Assembly: GCF_006345805.1 (NCBI RefSeq)
Contig: NC_043003.1
Location: forward strand, 49,414,001 to 49,478,000
DNA from: Octopus sinensis
Lineage: Eukaryota
Direction: 5' to 3'
Length of the DNA stretch: 64,000 bases
In this document: one piece after another, positions 12,645-24,672 of the stretch
Position numbering within the stretch: the first letter of the stretch is position 1
Layout of the letters: each line of letters opens with the position of its first letter
The notes under the pieces: generated by a model
The model's input: the letters and a program-made list of their open reading frames with translations, nothing else
Told to the model about the DNA's origin: nothing
Databases searched by the model: none
Made by a program: the position numbers and the translations under genes

Positions 12645-13030
12645 CTACTCTAGGGACAAGGCCCGAAATTTGGGGGGAGGGGGCCAGTTGATTAGATCGA
12701 TCGCAGTGTGCAACTGGCCCTTAATTTATCGACCCCAAAAGAATAAATGGCAAAGTCGACCTCGGCGGAATTTGAACTCAGAACGTAACAGCAGACGAAA
12801 TACGTATTTCTTTATTACCCACAAGGGGCTAAACACAGGCTTTGGACAGACATAGGTATTAAGTCGATTACATCGACCCCAGTGCGTAACTGGCACTTAA
12901 TTTATCGACCCCAAAAGAATAAATGGCAAAGTCGACCTCGGCGGAATTTGAACTCAGAACGTAACAGCAGACTAAATACGGCTACACATTTCGCCCGGCG
13001 TGCTAACTTTTCTACCAGCTCGCCGCCTTC
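12645..13030 (-). mobile_element. SINE family B, dimeric (core-tail-core) form
   Basis: Core present twice, separated by the ..ccccttgtgggtaataaagaaata tail module. Confidence 0.85.
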
Positions 13031-13411
13031 GTATTTGTGGTAATAATGAAGTCAAACCAAATATTTTGCATTTCTGTAACTGAGGAAGGTTTACGTAATG
13101 GTTACATTTTCGATTATATATTAAGCAAATTTGAAATGTACGTATTGAATGATTTCAAAATATCACTATTTAGTTTGACTTCATTCTTATAACGTATACA
13201 CTCAGTCACTCACACACACATACACACCGCTAGGCCTCACTCTGTTATTGCTATCCAAATTCATTTCGTTATCCACTTTGAATTATTTCTCTGGGATTCT
13301 TGCCTCCTCTCCATTTAAATTATGCAAACTATCCTACGCCATAAATGTTCTCAACTCTTTCGGTATATGTGAGGCCGAAGTTAGGCTAAAGCTATGCTGG
13401 GCTTATGGCCG

Positions 13412-13456
<45 letters not shown>

Positions 13457-13458
13457 TT

Positions 13459-13617
13459 CTACGACGGGCTTTTTTTAGTTTCCGTCTACCAAATCCATTC
13501 ACAAGGCTTTGGTTGGCCTGAGGCTATAGTAGAAGACACTTGCCCAAGGTGCTACACAGTGGGACTGAACCCGGAACCATGTGGTTGGTAAGCAAGCTAC
13601 TTGCCACATATCCACTC
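13459..13617 (-). mobile_element. SINE family A, head only
   Basis: Matches the family A head; ends at (TA)n. Confidence 0.85.
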
Positions 13618-13639
13618 TATGTATGTATGTATGTGTATG

Positions 13640-13685
<46 letters not shown>

Positions 13686-16539
13686 AATTAGATAGATGGA
13701 TGGATAGATAATTTTGAAGACAGGAAACTCACTTTGAAATGTAGAGCCTATTAATGTTATTCAAATACTGTTTTAATAATCGACTGTATTAACAATCAAA
13801 TGCTGCATTAACATTCGATTGGTTCAACGGATAATGATATTAATCCATCTTCATTCTGTGAACGACGCAAAGAAATCTGGAATTACCACCCAGGCTATAT
13901 ATTCAAATTCTTGAGAAAATTCGATGGAGAATTTGATTTATTGTTTTCATCCAAGATGGTGTCGTTAAGTTCCTAGTATGATTGCAATGTACGCATATTT
14001 AAAGCCGATTGTCACAGGAAGCAAATTAAATATTTTATAGACTGTTGTTTATCGTGATTTCCAAGTTGTATTTTTAGAATAATTTTGTTGAATCTTTTAT
14101 GAATCTATCGGCCTTAACGTGGCCGCCGTCTCTGTGAACTTCACCGTGAATGGAAAAGAAAAAGATTTTTATTTCAGATTTAAAAAAAAGAACTTAGCAA
14201 TAAAGTTTGAAATTTCTTGAGGATCTCTTGCACACAAGCTTCCATAAAAAATGTCTACTGTATTCGTTTATCGAAAATCAAGTAACACGGAGAGAAAAGA
14301 AATAGACATCTTTGAATGTTAAAAGTTATATACTCTTATCCTTGACGGTTGTGGTGGCGCGTGGCTTAGTGGTTCGGGGTGTTGGATTTATGATCGCAAG
14401 ACTGCGATTTCAATTCCTAGACCGAACGTTGTGTTCTTGAATAACAACACATCCTTTCACGTTACTCAGCTCGCAAAGGATGAGAAATCCTGTGACAGAT
14501 CGGTGTCCTGTCCAAGTGGGGAATTTTTACACCATGGAGGTCGGAAAACCGGCCCATGTGAATCGGCGTGACTCCAGAAGGCACCTTTGCTTTTAGTTTT
14601 GATGGTTGTAAAATGTTTCGTGAAATCGAGTGCATTTAAGTAAGTTTTGTTAGAGACGGATAGTAATCCTCTACATCAAACTGTATGAAAAATTATTCTC
14701 TTTAATTTCTGTTACTTGAAAACCGACTAATTACAAGTCCTCTATTTTCCTGTGAGTTAGCCTGGACTTTCTCGTATTTCGTTATCGATTCTATCTAATA
14801 TAATTTCGATCAAATCTCTCAAGTTCTACTTTCATAGGATTACTGAGTCATATGGTATGATTACTCATAAAATGTTGTTATTGCTGTTTCATAGAGATAC
14901 GATCTATTTCAATGAAGGATCTCTTCCTTGTTAACCTTATTCAGACTGGAGTTTATAAGCTTAACTTCCTTATTAATCGAATTCAATGTTTTACACTAGC
15001 TTTTGTTATTTTTGTTGATAACATTTTCCAATATGGCATTGAAAGAATTGCATCCTGCTTCGTATTCCAGCATTTATCGGCTTCTCCATATTTCCACCCG
15101 ATTTTCTGATATTCTTAAATTTCTTGGCGATATCTATGTGAAAATTATTCAAAGAAATAACATATTAATATATAATACACATACATCGGTCAAGAATATA
15201 AAGCAAACATCAAGGAGAAAACAAATATTCGTTGCAAGAAAATTTTTGCGGTATTTGCTCTTTACCGAGTTCGATACACTCCCTCGTCATTCACGCCATC
15301 AGAAATACAGTGAACCGGTGATTGTATATGTGTGTATAGACATATTTGCATATATTTATATATTGTATATGTATTTATTCACACATACATATATAGATTA
15401 ATGCATAGATAGAAGGATGGATAACATATTTAATGCAGTTGGTGAGATCTCAAATATTACCGTATCATCTTAAAAACACATTGTCCTACCTTATTAAATA
15501 CATATCCATAAATCTTTCTCCCCTTCTCTCTTTATCTTTTCCTGTCATTTTCTTTATTTCTGCCAATCCCCCACTCTCCCTTGTTTTCTCTCCCTCCCTC
15601 TCTCCATATATATGTGCGTATCTGTGACTTTTTACCCCTTCACTTTTACAAACTCTCCTCACACACATAAGTGAGTGCACGGCATTCAAGATATTTTCAG
15701 ATTAAAAGAACAAGCGAGACAAAGAGAACGAAAAGGCGAGAGCAAGATAGAGACAGAGAGGAGAGGAGGAGGAAGAAGAAGTGTAGAGCGAGAACGAAAA
15801 TCCATTTACAAAACATTATTGGTACATTTTATTCGATAAATTTAATGTCTCCTACATCAACTTCAAATTCTCATCAATATGAAATATAGATTTATCAATC
15901 CTCTACAACATGTCCACCGTTACAGCTCTGCTTCTCACAGGTTTTTAAGAATAACCTTTTAATGTTTTTTCTTCATCTCACTCGCACGCAATCGAATGCA
16001 ACAGTATTCTTTGATTGGGTTGTGTAAATTGATTTATATTTATTCTCAGAGTGACGCCTAAACTACGCCTTTTCTCACAAAGCAGGCGGATGGATGCTTG
16101 TTGTAACTCTAGTCACGTTTTTTTTTAACTTTTTGCTCGCTGTTTTTCTTTTAATATTTTATTTTTATATATTTTTGTTTTGTAATTGGTCCCGTTTCAT
16201 TGTGACGTAACGAACAAAAAGGAAGTATTTTTGAAAAATCATACTCATAAATTTTCTTTAATGTATTTAGAAATTTCAAAAATACCAGCGTAATAGAACA
16301 TCAGTGAAGATCCATGAGAATCTTACTTCAATTAAAGCAGGGAAAACATATCAAAGTGAGAGAGAAAAAGAGAAAGGCTGAAAGAGAGATGAGAGTAGAG
16401 AAGAGAAAAGGAGAGAAAAGAAAATGAGGAGAATAAGGAAGAGACAGAGGAGAGTACAAGGAGAGCAATGAAGACAGAGGGGAAGAGTTAGAAAATAGAA
16501 GAAAAGAGAGAGTACGTGGAGGATGTGTAAATATCCATA

Positions 16540-17310
<771 letters not shown>

Positions 17311-18771
17311 GAGTTTCTTTTGTTTCATCGAAGTTCAATGCCAGGCTACGAATCGGTCTCCACGAGACAAGATTCTTTTGTTGGTGTTCAGAGAAAACAA
17401 TAAGTTTATTCAAATGTATGTCTTTATTTAATTGAGGTTCGGCTCACAGAGAGAATGTCTGCTTTTAATTTAGACGCAAGTCGCTTTTGTTTGGTATTTA
17501 GATAACAATAAGCATCAGTCAAATGGTAGAATACAGTCAGATTCAGGGAAAATTTGCCATAATTTAACTGTGTCACTCATTGATTGAATACAGAGAATTC
17601 GTTCGGATCAGCCACTTTGCTTTTTTGCTTCTTTGAAAGTAAATAAAAAAAAATTAATAAAATAAGAAATAAAATAAGAATAAAATATAAAAACAAAAAG
17701 TCGAAAATAAAAAGTTAAAAATAAAATACAAAATAGATAAAAACTAATCAAAAAAATCTCAGTATCTCAAGGTTAACGTGTAAACATTTTAGTAACATAA
17801 CCGATTGCATCAATGACGATCGATTTCGATCTGAAATCAAACAGGATAAATCTATAGGTTTTTTTCCCCCCAATCAGCTGGCCATCATAACATTCTTGTT
17901 TTACGTTCACTTGACTGCTTGGCTAGCATACTATTTTTCTATTAGATTAACAATACACCTCTAGAACGATCGATCGTATTCACGTGATTTTGAGTTCATG
18001 GAATGAATATATGCTCAAATGTGATTATATGCACAAATGTGAATATATGCACAAACTTATAAATAGACAAAACTATGGATTCAGAACACCACCATAGACC
18101 AAGTTTGACGCCAAAATTTGTGAAAAATATGTGAAACTCCGCAATCATGAACACATATGCGCAAATGCAAACTAAGTGTACATACTCAAAATGCATAAAG
18201 CAGGTGTGATTGTATGAGATAGTGAATGCATGTATGTGTGCACAAATGCATGAATGCATACATGTGTGCATATTTATAAATTTTATAGATTGAAATTAAT
18301 ATAAGGGAAATAATTAATTGGAAATTGTCATGCCTCATGTGTACGTATATCTATTTGCTTATTCTCAAATATCGCGCGATATCATGTGATTTCGTTGTGC
18401 TTTCATCTAAGATGGAGTGGAACATCAACATTCCATGTAGAAAGCTTGATAATAATCGCTGAGAAATTTCTCTGGATATGAAACCAATTGTAGCCTTCAC
18501 GTTAAGCAGATTTCTTTAAGCTGCCTTGTGTCTCCAAGCAATCATCGAGCTCGGGGCACATGTTTGTTTCTTATTTTAAGTACTGTGTACTTCAAATTTT
18601 ATATATATATATATATATATATGTTGAAATAGAAAGATGAATTTTCTTGTTACAGATTATTCAAAAGTTTAACCGATACCTGGGTAGCAAAAATCACAGC
18701 AGAAAATACACGGTTGGAGATAAGACCATTGGTGTTGCAACCGTGCGTTGGTGCGGATAATTGAAGTTTAA

Positions 18772-19148
18772 TATTATTATTGAATGGAAGAAATGGAGTT
18801 GAACGAAGATTGTACAGAATTCCTTTTATTACATTCTACACGTGTTTCAAAGGCCACAAATTTCCAAATTCTGATTAAATAAGGGTACCATATTGTGGCT
18901 TTCTCATCAGGAAAAAACAGGAATTCCGTTGACAGAACAAAACAGAACAGAGGTGCAGCAATTCGAACGAGGAGGCTCTCTAAGAGCCCATGGCTGAACT
19001 CTTTTTTTCCTGATGAGAAAGCCACAATATGGTACCCTTATTTAATCAGAATTTGGAAATTTGTGGCCTTTGAAACATGTGTAGAATGTAATAAAAGGAA
19101 TTCTGTACAATCTTCGTTCAACTCCATTTCTTCCATTCAATAATAATA
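18772..19148. repeat. Near-perfect palindrome (~145-bp arms, 1 mismatch, ~85-bp spacer) with a hammerhead-like core in each arm
   Basis: 18773-18917 is the reverse complement of 19003-19148 (mirror ORFs in the track); each arm carries CUGAUGA...GAAAC..GUA and ends in (AAT)n. Confidence 0.9.
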
Positions 19149-19156
19149 ATAATAAT

Positions 19157-19254
<98 letters not shown>

Positions 19255-19478
19255 GAAATGACTGAAACTTGTAGCAGAATGACTATATATATATATATAT
19301 GACGAGCTTCTTTCAGTTTCCTTCTACCTAATCCACTCACAATATATAGATATATGCATATACATATATATGTTATATACATATATATACATATATATAC
19401 ATATATATACATATATATATACATATATATATACATATATATATATATACATATATATACATATATACAGTTATGTAT

Positions 19479-19513
<35 letters not shown>

Positions 19514-19896
19514 GCGCAGGAGTGGCTGTGTGGTAAGTAGCTTGCTAACCAACCACATGGTTCCAGGTTCAGTCCCACTGCGTGGCAACTTAGGCAAGTG
19601 TCTTCTACTATAGCCCCGGGCCGACCAATGCCTTGTGAGTGGATTTGGTAGACGGAAACTGAAAGAAGCCTGTCGTATATATGTATATATATATATGTGT
19701 GTGTATGTGTGTTTGTGTGTCTGTGTTTGCTTGACACCGATGCTGGTGTGTTTCGTCCCCGTTATTTAGCGGTTCGGCAAAAAGAGACCGATAGAATAAG
19801 TACTGGGCTTACAAAGAATAAGTCCTAGGGTCGATTTGCTCGACTAAAGGCGGTGCTCCAGCATGGCCGCAGTCAAATGACTGAAACAAGTAAAAG
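19514..19896 (+). mobile_element. SINE family A, full length
   Basis: gcgcaggagtggctgtgtggtaag ... ctgaaacaagtaaaag; a degenerate tail copy follows at ~20095-20290. Confidence 0.9.
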
Positions 19897-20500
19897 AAAA
19901 GAAAGAAAAGAATATATTTATATAAATATATGCATATATAAATACACACACACATATATACATACATACACACATACAAACACACACACACACACATATA
20001 TATAGAGAGAGGTGATATTTACCTCTCACTAGATAGAGTAGTTTTTTGTTGATCCTAACTAAACTAAATAGTAAGCTATTAATATGGCATGTGTGTGTAT
20101 GTTTGTCCACAACCACGACTTCACAACCGGTATTAGTTTCTTTACACCCCCGTAACCTACTGGTTCAGCAGATGGAGGCGCATAGAGTAAGCATTATTTT
20201 TTAAAAAATAAGCACGGAGGTCACTTTGCTCGAGCAAACCTCTGAAGGCTGTATCCCATTGATGCAGTGCAATGACTGAGACATGTAAAAGATATATATA
20301 CATGTATGTATGTATGTATGTATGTATGTATGTATGTATGTATGTATGTGTGTGTGTGTGTGTATGTGTGTATGTATGTATGTATGTTTGTATGTATGTA
20401 TGTATGTATAAAATTAAATAAGGGTAGAAATTGATATTAATCAATCAAAACCAGTGGCTTAGCATATTTAAAAACCGAATATTAAAAACTGTGTTACGTA

Positions 20501-20783
20501 CAAAATTAAGAGGAATGACCACTAAAGTTGATACCCTATAATGCTAAACATAGACGTCAAATCGTGTTCTCCAGAAAAAATCTCAGCAAAACGACAAAAT
20601 GTAAAAATGAGGAAGACAAATGAGAGTATGCGAATTAATAAAAAAACGATTACCTACGTACCATGGTTTCACTTGTTAATATCTACGTATATAAACACCC
20701 ATATATCTTCGTGGTAATGACGATTTGACGTCTATGTTTAGCATATAGGGTGTCCACTTTAGTGGTCATTCCTCTTAATTTTG
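20501..20783. mobile_element. MITE with ~65-bp TIRs and TA flanks (Tc1/mariner-type)
   Basis: ta|CAAAATTAAGAGGAATGACCACTAAAGTTGATACCCTATAATGCTAAACATAGACGTCAAATCGT ... ACGATTTGACGTCTATGTTTAGCATATAGGGTGTCCACTTTAGTGGTCATTCCTCTTAATTTTG|ta. Confidence 0.85.
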
Positions 20784-20787
20784 TAAA

Positions 20788-21173
20788 TCTTTATATATAA
20801 AAGTAAGGTTGTGTGTCTGTCTCCTACGATTTAGATTCCTAACTACTCCCACATTTTGCGGTGCAGTTTAACCAAAACCGGGTATCTTATAGTCGTGATT
20901 CATATCGAGCCCTTCTGGGTATTAACGCGCGTCTACGATTTAAAAAAAAATTACCATCATTTTTTTCCATTTTAATGCATTTTTTCGCTATTATATAAGG
21001 GAAGTAACTCTCTAAAAATGTCTACGATGAGTCAACGATTTTTAAAAAAAATTACCATCATTTTATTTCCATTTTTAATGCATATTTTTGCTATTTTTTG
21101 GCTATAACTCTCTAAAAATGCTTATATAGTTCTTTCCCTTACAAACCCGAGCAACGCCGGACGATACTGCTTG
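20788..21173 (+). mobile_element. Non-autonomous Helitron H1 (terminator mutated)
   Basis: Starts A|TCTTTATATATAAAAG; ends with subterminal hairpin CCCGAGCAACGCCGGA then GATACTG-CTTG|T (CTAG changed to CTTG, hairpin G to A); internal ~95-bp subrepeat; no TSD. Confidence 0.85.
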
Positions 21174-21498
21174 TATTTTATAATTAAAAAACAAATTATA
21201 AGGGTGGCTTTCTATCTTGCAGTAACTAACTGTTGCTTTGCAATTTATACTTACTATGACAGACCGGAGTGATTAGAAATAGCAGTCAAAACCACCAACC
21301 TTATATTAAAAACGGAAGACGAAAAGCTTCCAGGATATTATTTGTATGAGGAAAACAAGGCAAACGATGGGTGGACAGCAGAAGATGTGGATTTATGTAA
21401 TTACATCTAAGATTAAATAAAAATAACGGCAGCGGACATCATAGAATGCAGGTCTGATCCCTTCCTGGAAGGTGGTAGAAGGGATGTCAGGATATTAA

Positions 21499-21512
21499 GT
21501 CTGTTTTTAATT
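21499..21512 (-). terminator. 3'-box-like snRNA 3'-end formation signal of U2 copy 1 (duplicated near 23250-23263)
   Basis: AATTAAAAACAGAC ~25 nt downstream of the mature end resembles the 3' box GTTTN0-3AAARNNAGA. Confidence 0.4.
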
Positions 21513-21535
21513 TGCTTATACCTCCCGGGTGGGAG

Positions 21536-21724
21536 ATGGGCTGAATCCTGGAAATACTGCTATACCAGGTCAACCCGTGGCAAAGGCGGAGCAAGCCCCT
21601 AACTCTTCGCCTCGTTCTAAAAATCAGTTTAATATCGATGGTCCTAAATAGGGACCGTATCAGATATTAAGCTGATAAGAACAGATACTACACTTTGATC
21701 TTAGCCAAAAGGCCGAGAAGCGAT
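21536..21724 (-). ncRNA. U2: U2 spliceosomal snRNA, copy 1 (variant 3' half)
   Basis: Reverse complement reads AUCGCUUCUCGGCCUUUUGGCUAAGAUCAAAGUGUAGUAUCUGUUCUUAUCAGCUUAAUAUCUGAUACGG..., the invertebrate U2 5' end with branch-point pairing sequence GUAGUA. Stems I, IIa, IIb, III and IV can all be folded; length ~189 nt. Confidence 0.97.
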
Positions 21725-21760
21725 CATTTTTACCCTAGCTTAGAAATATTATACCTATTT

Positions 21761-21776
21761 CTATTTAGTATAGTGA
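21761..21776 (-). promoter_or_regulatory. PSE-like snRNA promoter element of U2 copy 1 (same motif at 23511-23526 for copy 2)
   Basis: TCACTATACTAAATAG at about -52 to -37 resembles the vertebrate PSE consensus TCACCNTNA(C/G)TNAAAAG with one gap; the mollusc consensus is not known to me. Confidence 0.4.
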
Positions 21777-21977
21777 CTGATTTATACTTACACTTATATA
21801 GCTGTATTTAATTAGTTCTTCCATATTTTGTAATATATTTTATTTTATTTCGTAGTAGTTGTTTTATTTAATCCTTTCAGTCTGAGAATTTTAATATTTC
21901 TATTTTTTTTAAAATGATATTATCCTAAGCGTAATCTGTAATTGTGTTGATTTGATAATAAACGTGAATGAAAATTA

Positions 21978-22380
21978 CGGGATATTTTCGGTTTGAACGG
22001 CAGTTTTTTCTAGCGGTGTCATATGAAATTGTCACCCATAATTATGACCCTAGTATTGATCTTATTGCATTTCAATCTATTTTAGGGTTAGAGGGAGGGT
22101 TATCTTTTTTTCTTCAGAAATGTAAATAAACCCAATCTGTTTCTTAAACGAGGGACATATTCATACGGCACAGAATGTTGTTTACCTCAATAGACGTCAG
22201 TGATTGGTTGAAATTGCAGAAAAAAACCCAACAAATATCTTACAAACTATAGAATTTTCTCAGTAAAGCCAAGAGAAAAAGATGTTTTATAAACACATTC
22301 CACCAGTATAAGAAGTTAAAAATTTTTTAGTTACCTAGAAATTATATTAAAAACTGCAGTTCAAACCGAAAATATCCAAA
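21978..22380. mobile_element. MITE with ~28-bp TIRs and an internal TTAGGG-like motif (copy 1)
   Basis: TIRs GGATATTTTCGGTTTGAACGGCAGTTTTT / AAAAACTGCAGTTCAAACCGAAAATATCC; internal ttttagggttagagggagggtta. Confidence 0.8.
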
Positions 22381-22524
22381 GTACGAATTACGACGGTCCG
22401 TAATGTTCACGTGACTCTATATCTCACCAGTAAAACATTTATTACTCTTTTACTAAATTAATTATTTTTTAGGTATCATAAATCTCGTAAGTCGCATCGG
22501 AAACATTTTCTTGCTTTTCTGAAA

Positions 22525-22924
22525 TCTTTATATATAAAAGTGAAGTTGTGTGTCTGTCTCCTACGATTTAGATTCCTAACTACTCCCACATTTTGCGGTG
22601 CAGTTTAACCAAAACCGGGTATCTTATAGTCGTGATTCATATCGAGCCCTTCTGGGTATTAGCGCGCGTCCACGATGAGTCTACGATTTAGAAAATAAAT
22701 TTACCATCATTTTTTTCCATTTTAATGCATTTTTTCGCTATTATATAAGGGAAGTAACTCTCTAAAAATGTCTACGATGAGTCAACGATTTTTAAAAAAA
22801 AATTACCATCATTTTATTTCCATTTTTAATGCATATTTTTGCTATTTTTTGGCTATAACTCTCTAAAAATGCTTATATAGTTCTTTCCCTTACAAACCCG
22901 AGCAACGCCGGACGATACTGCTTG
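22525..22924 (+). mobile_element. Non-autonomous Helitron H2 (chimera: 5' half like H3, 3' half like H1)
   Basis: 5' diagnostics gtgaag, tagcgcgcgtccacgatgag and tagaaaataaattt match H3; 3' diagnostics ctacgatgag, tagttcttt and gcaacgccggacgatactgcttg match H1. Confidence 0.85.
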
Positions 22925-23286
22925 TATTTTATAATTAAAAAACAAATTATAAGGGTGGCTTTCTATCTTGCAGTAACTAACTGTTGCTTTGCAATTTATA
23001 CTTACTATGACAGACCGGAGTGATTAGAAATAGCAGTCAAAACCACCAACCTTATATTAAAAACGGAAGACGAAAAGCTTCCAGGATATTATTTGTATGA
23101 GGAAAACAAGGCAAACGATGGGTGGACAGCAGAAGATGTGGATTTATGTAATTACATCTAAGATTAAATAAAAATAACGGCAGCGGACATCATAGAATGC
23201 AGGTCTGATCCCTTCCTGGAAGGTGGTAGAAGGGATGTCAGGATATTAAGTCTGTTTTTAATTTGCTTATACCTCCCGGGTGGGAG

Positions 23287-23474
23287 ATGGCTGAATCCTG
23301 GAAATACTGCTATACCAGGTCAACCCGTGGCAAAGGCGGAGCAAGCCCCTAACTCTTCGCCTCGTTCTAAAAATCAGTTTAATATCGATGGTCCTAAATA
23401 GGGACCGTATCAGATATTAAGCTGATAAGAACAGATACTACACTTTGATCTTAGCCAAAAGGCCGAGAAGCGAT
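23287..23474 (-). ncRNA. U2: U2 spliceosomal snRNA, copy 2 (variant 3' half)
   Basis: Identical to copy 1 except a 1-nt deletion in the terminal stem (CAGCCAU vs CAGCCCAU); offset 1750 bp. Confidence 0.97.
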
Positions 23475-23727
23475 CATTTTTACCCTAGCTTAGAAATATT
23501 ATACCTATTTCTATTTAGTATAGTGACTGATTTATACTTACACTTATATAGCTGTATTTAATTAGTTCTTCCATATTTTGTAATATCTTTTATTTTATTT
23601 CGTAGTAGTTGTTTTATTTAATCCTTTCAGTCTGAGAATTTTAATATTTCTATTTTTTTAAAAATGATATTATCCTAAGCGTAATCTGTAATTGTGTTGA
23701 TTTGATAATAAACGTGAATGAAAATTA

Positions 23728-24130
23728 CGGGATATTTTCGGTTTGAATGGCAGTTTTTTCTAGCGGTGTCATATGAAATTGTCACCCATAATTATGACCC
23801 TGGTATCGATCTTATTGCATTTCAATCTATTTTAGGGTTAGAGGGGGGGTTATTTTTTTTTCTTCAGAAATGTAAATAAACCCAGTCTGTTTCTTAAACG
23901 AGGGACATATTCATACGGCACAGAATGTTGTTTACCTCAATAGACGTCAGTGATTGGTTGAAATTGCAGAAAAAAAACCCAACAAATATCTTACAAACTA
24001 TAGAATTTTCTCAATAAAGCCAATAGAAAAAGATGTTTTATAACACATTCCACCAGTATAAGAAGTTAAAAATTTTTTAGTTACCTATAAATTATATCAA
24101 AAACTGCAGTTCAAACCGAAAATATCCAAA
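23728..24130. mobile_element. Same MITE, duplicated copy 2
   Basis: Same TIRs; about 12 differences from copy 1. Confidence 0.8.
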
Positions 24131-24274
24131 GTACGAATTACGACGGTCCGTAATGTTCACGTGACTCTATATCTCACCAGTAAAACATTTATTACTCTTT
24201 TACTAAATTAATTATTTTTTAGGTATCATAAATCTCGTAAGTCGTATCGGAAACATTTTCTTCCTTTTCTGAAA

Positions 24275-24672
24275 TCTTTATATATAAAAGTGAAGTTGTG
24301 TGTCTGTCTCCTACGATTTAGATTCCTAACTACTCCCACATTTTGCGGTGCAGTTTAACCAAAACCGGGTATCTTATAGTCGTGATTCATATCGAGCCCT
24401 TCTGGGTATTAGCGCGCGTCCACGATGAGTCTACGATTTAGAAAATAAATTTACCATCATTTTTTTCCATTTTAATGCATTTTTTCGCTATTATATAAGG
24501 GAAGTAACTCTCTAAAAATGTCTACAATGAGTCAACGATTTAAAAAAAAATTTACCATAATTTTTTTCCATTTTTAATGAATATTTTTGCTATCTTTTGG
24601 CTATAATTCTCTAAAAATGCTTATATAGTTATTTCCCTTACAAACCCGAGCGACGCCGGGCGATACTGCTAG
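24275..24672 (+). mobile_element. Non-autonomous Helitron H3 (intact terminator)
   Basis: 5' A|TC start; 3' hairpin CCCGAGCGACGCCGGG followed by CGATACTG-CTAG|T: canonical Helitron ends and an A|T target site. Confidence 0.88.

Larger units (their letters stand above)
20788..24672. repeat. Tandem segmental duplication, unit ~1750 bp (H1-spacer-H2-spacer-H3)
   Basis: 21174-22524 aligns with 22925-24274 with about 17 differences by eye. Confidence 0.95.

Noticed and set aside
22079-22103. TTAGGG-like motif suggesting an interstitial telomere
   Set aside because: Only about two degenerate units, lying inside a TIR-bounded MITE.
21536-23474. U2-targeting retrotransposon (Utopia/Keno) insertion
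   Set aside because: Both U2 copies are uninterrupted; no RT or endonuclease sequence abuts the branch-site region.
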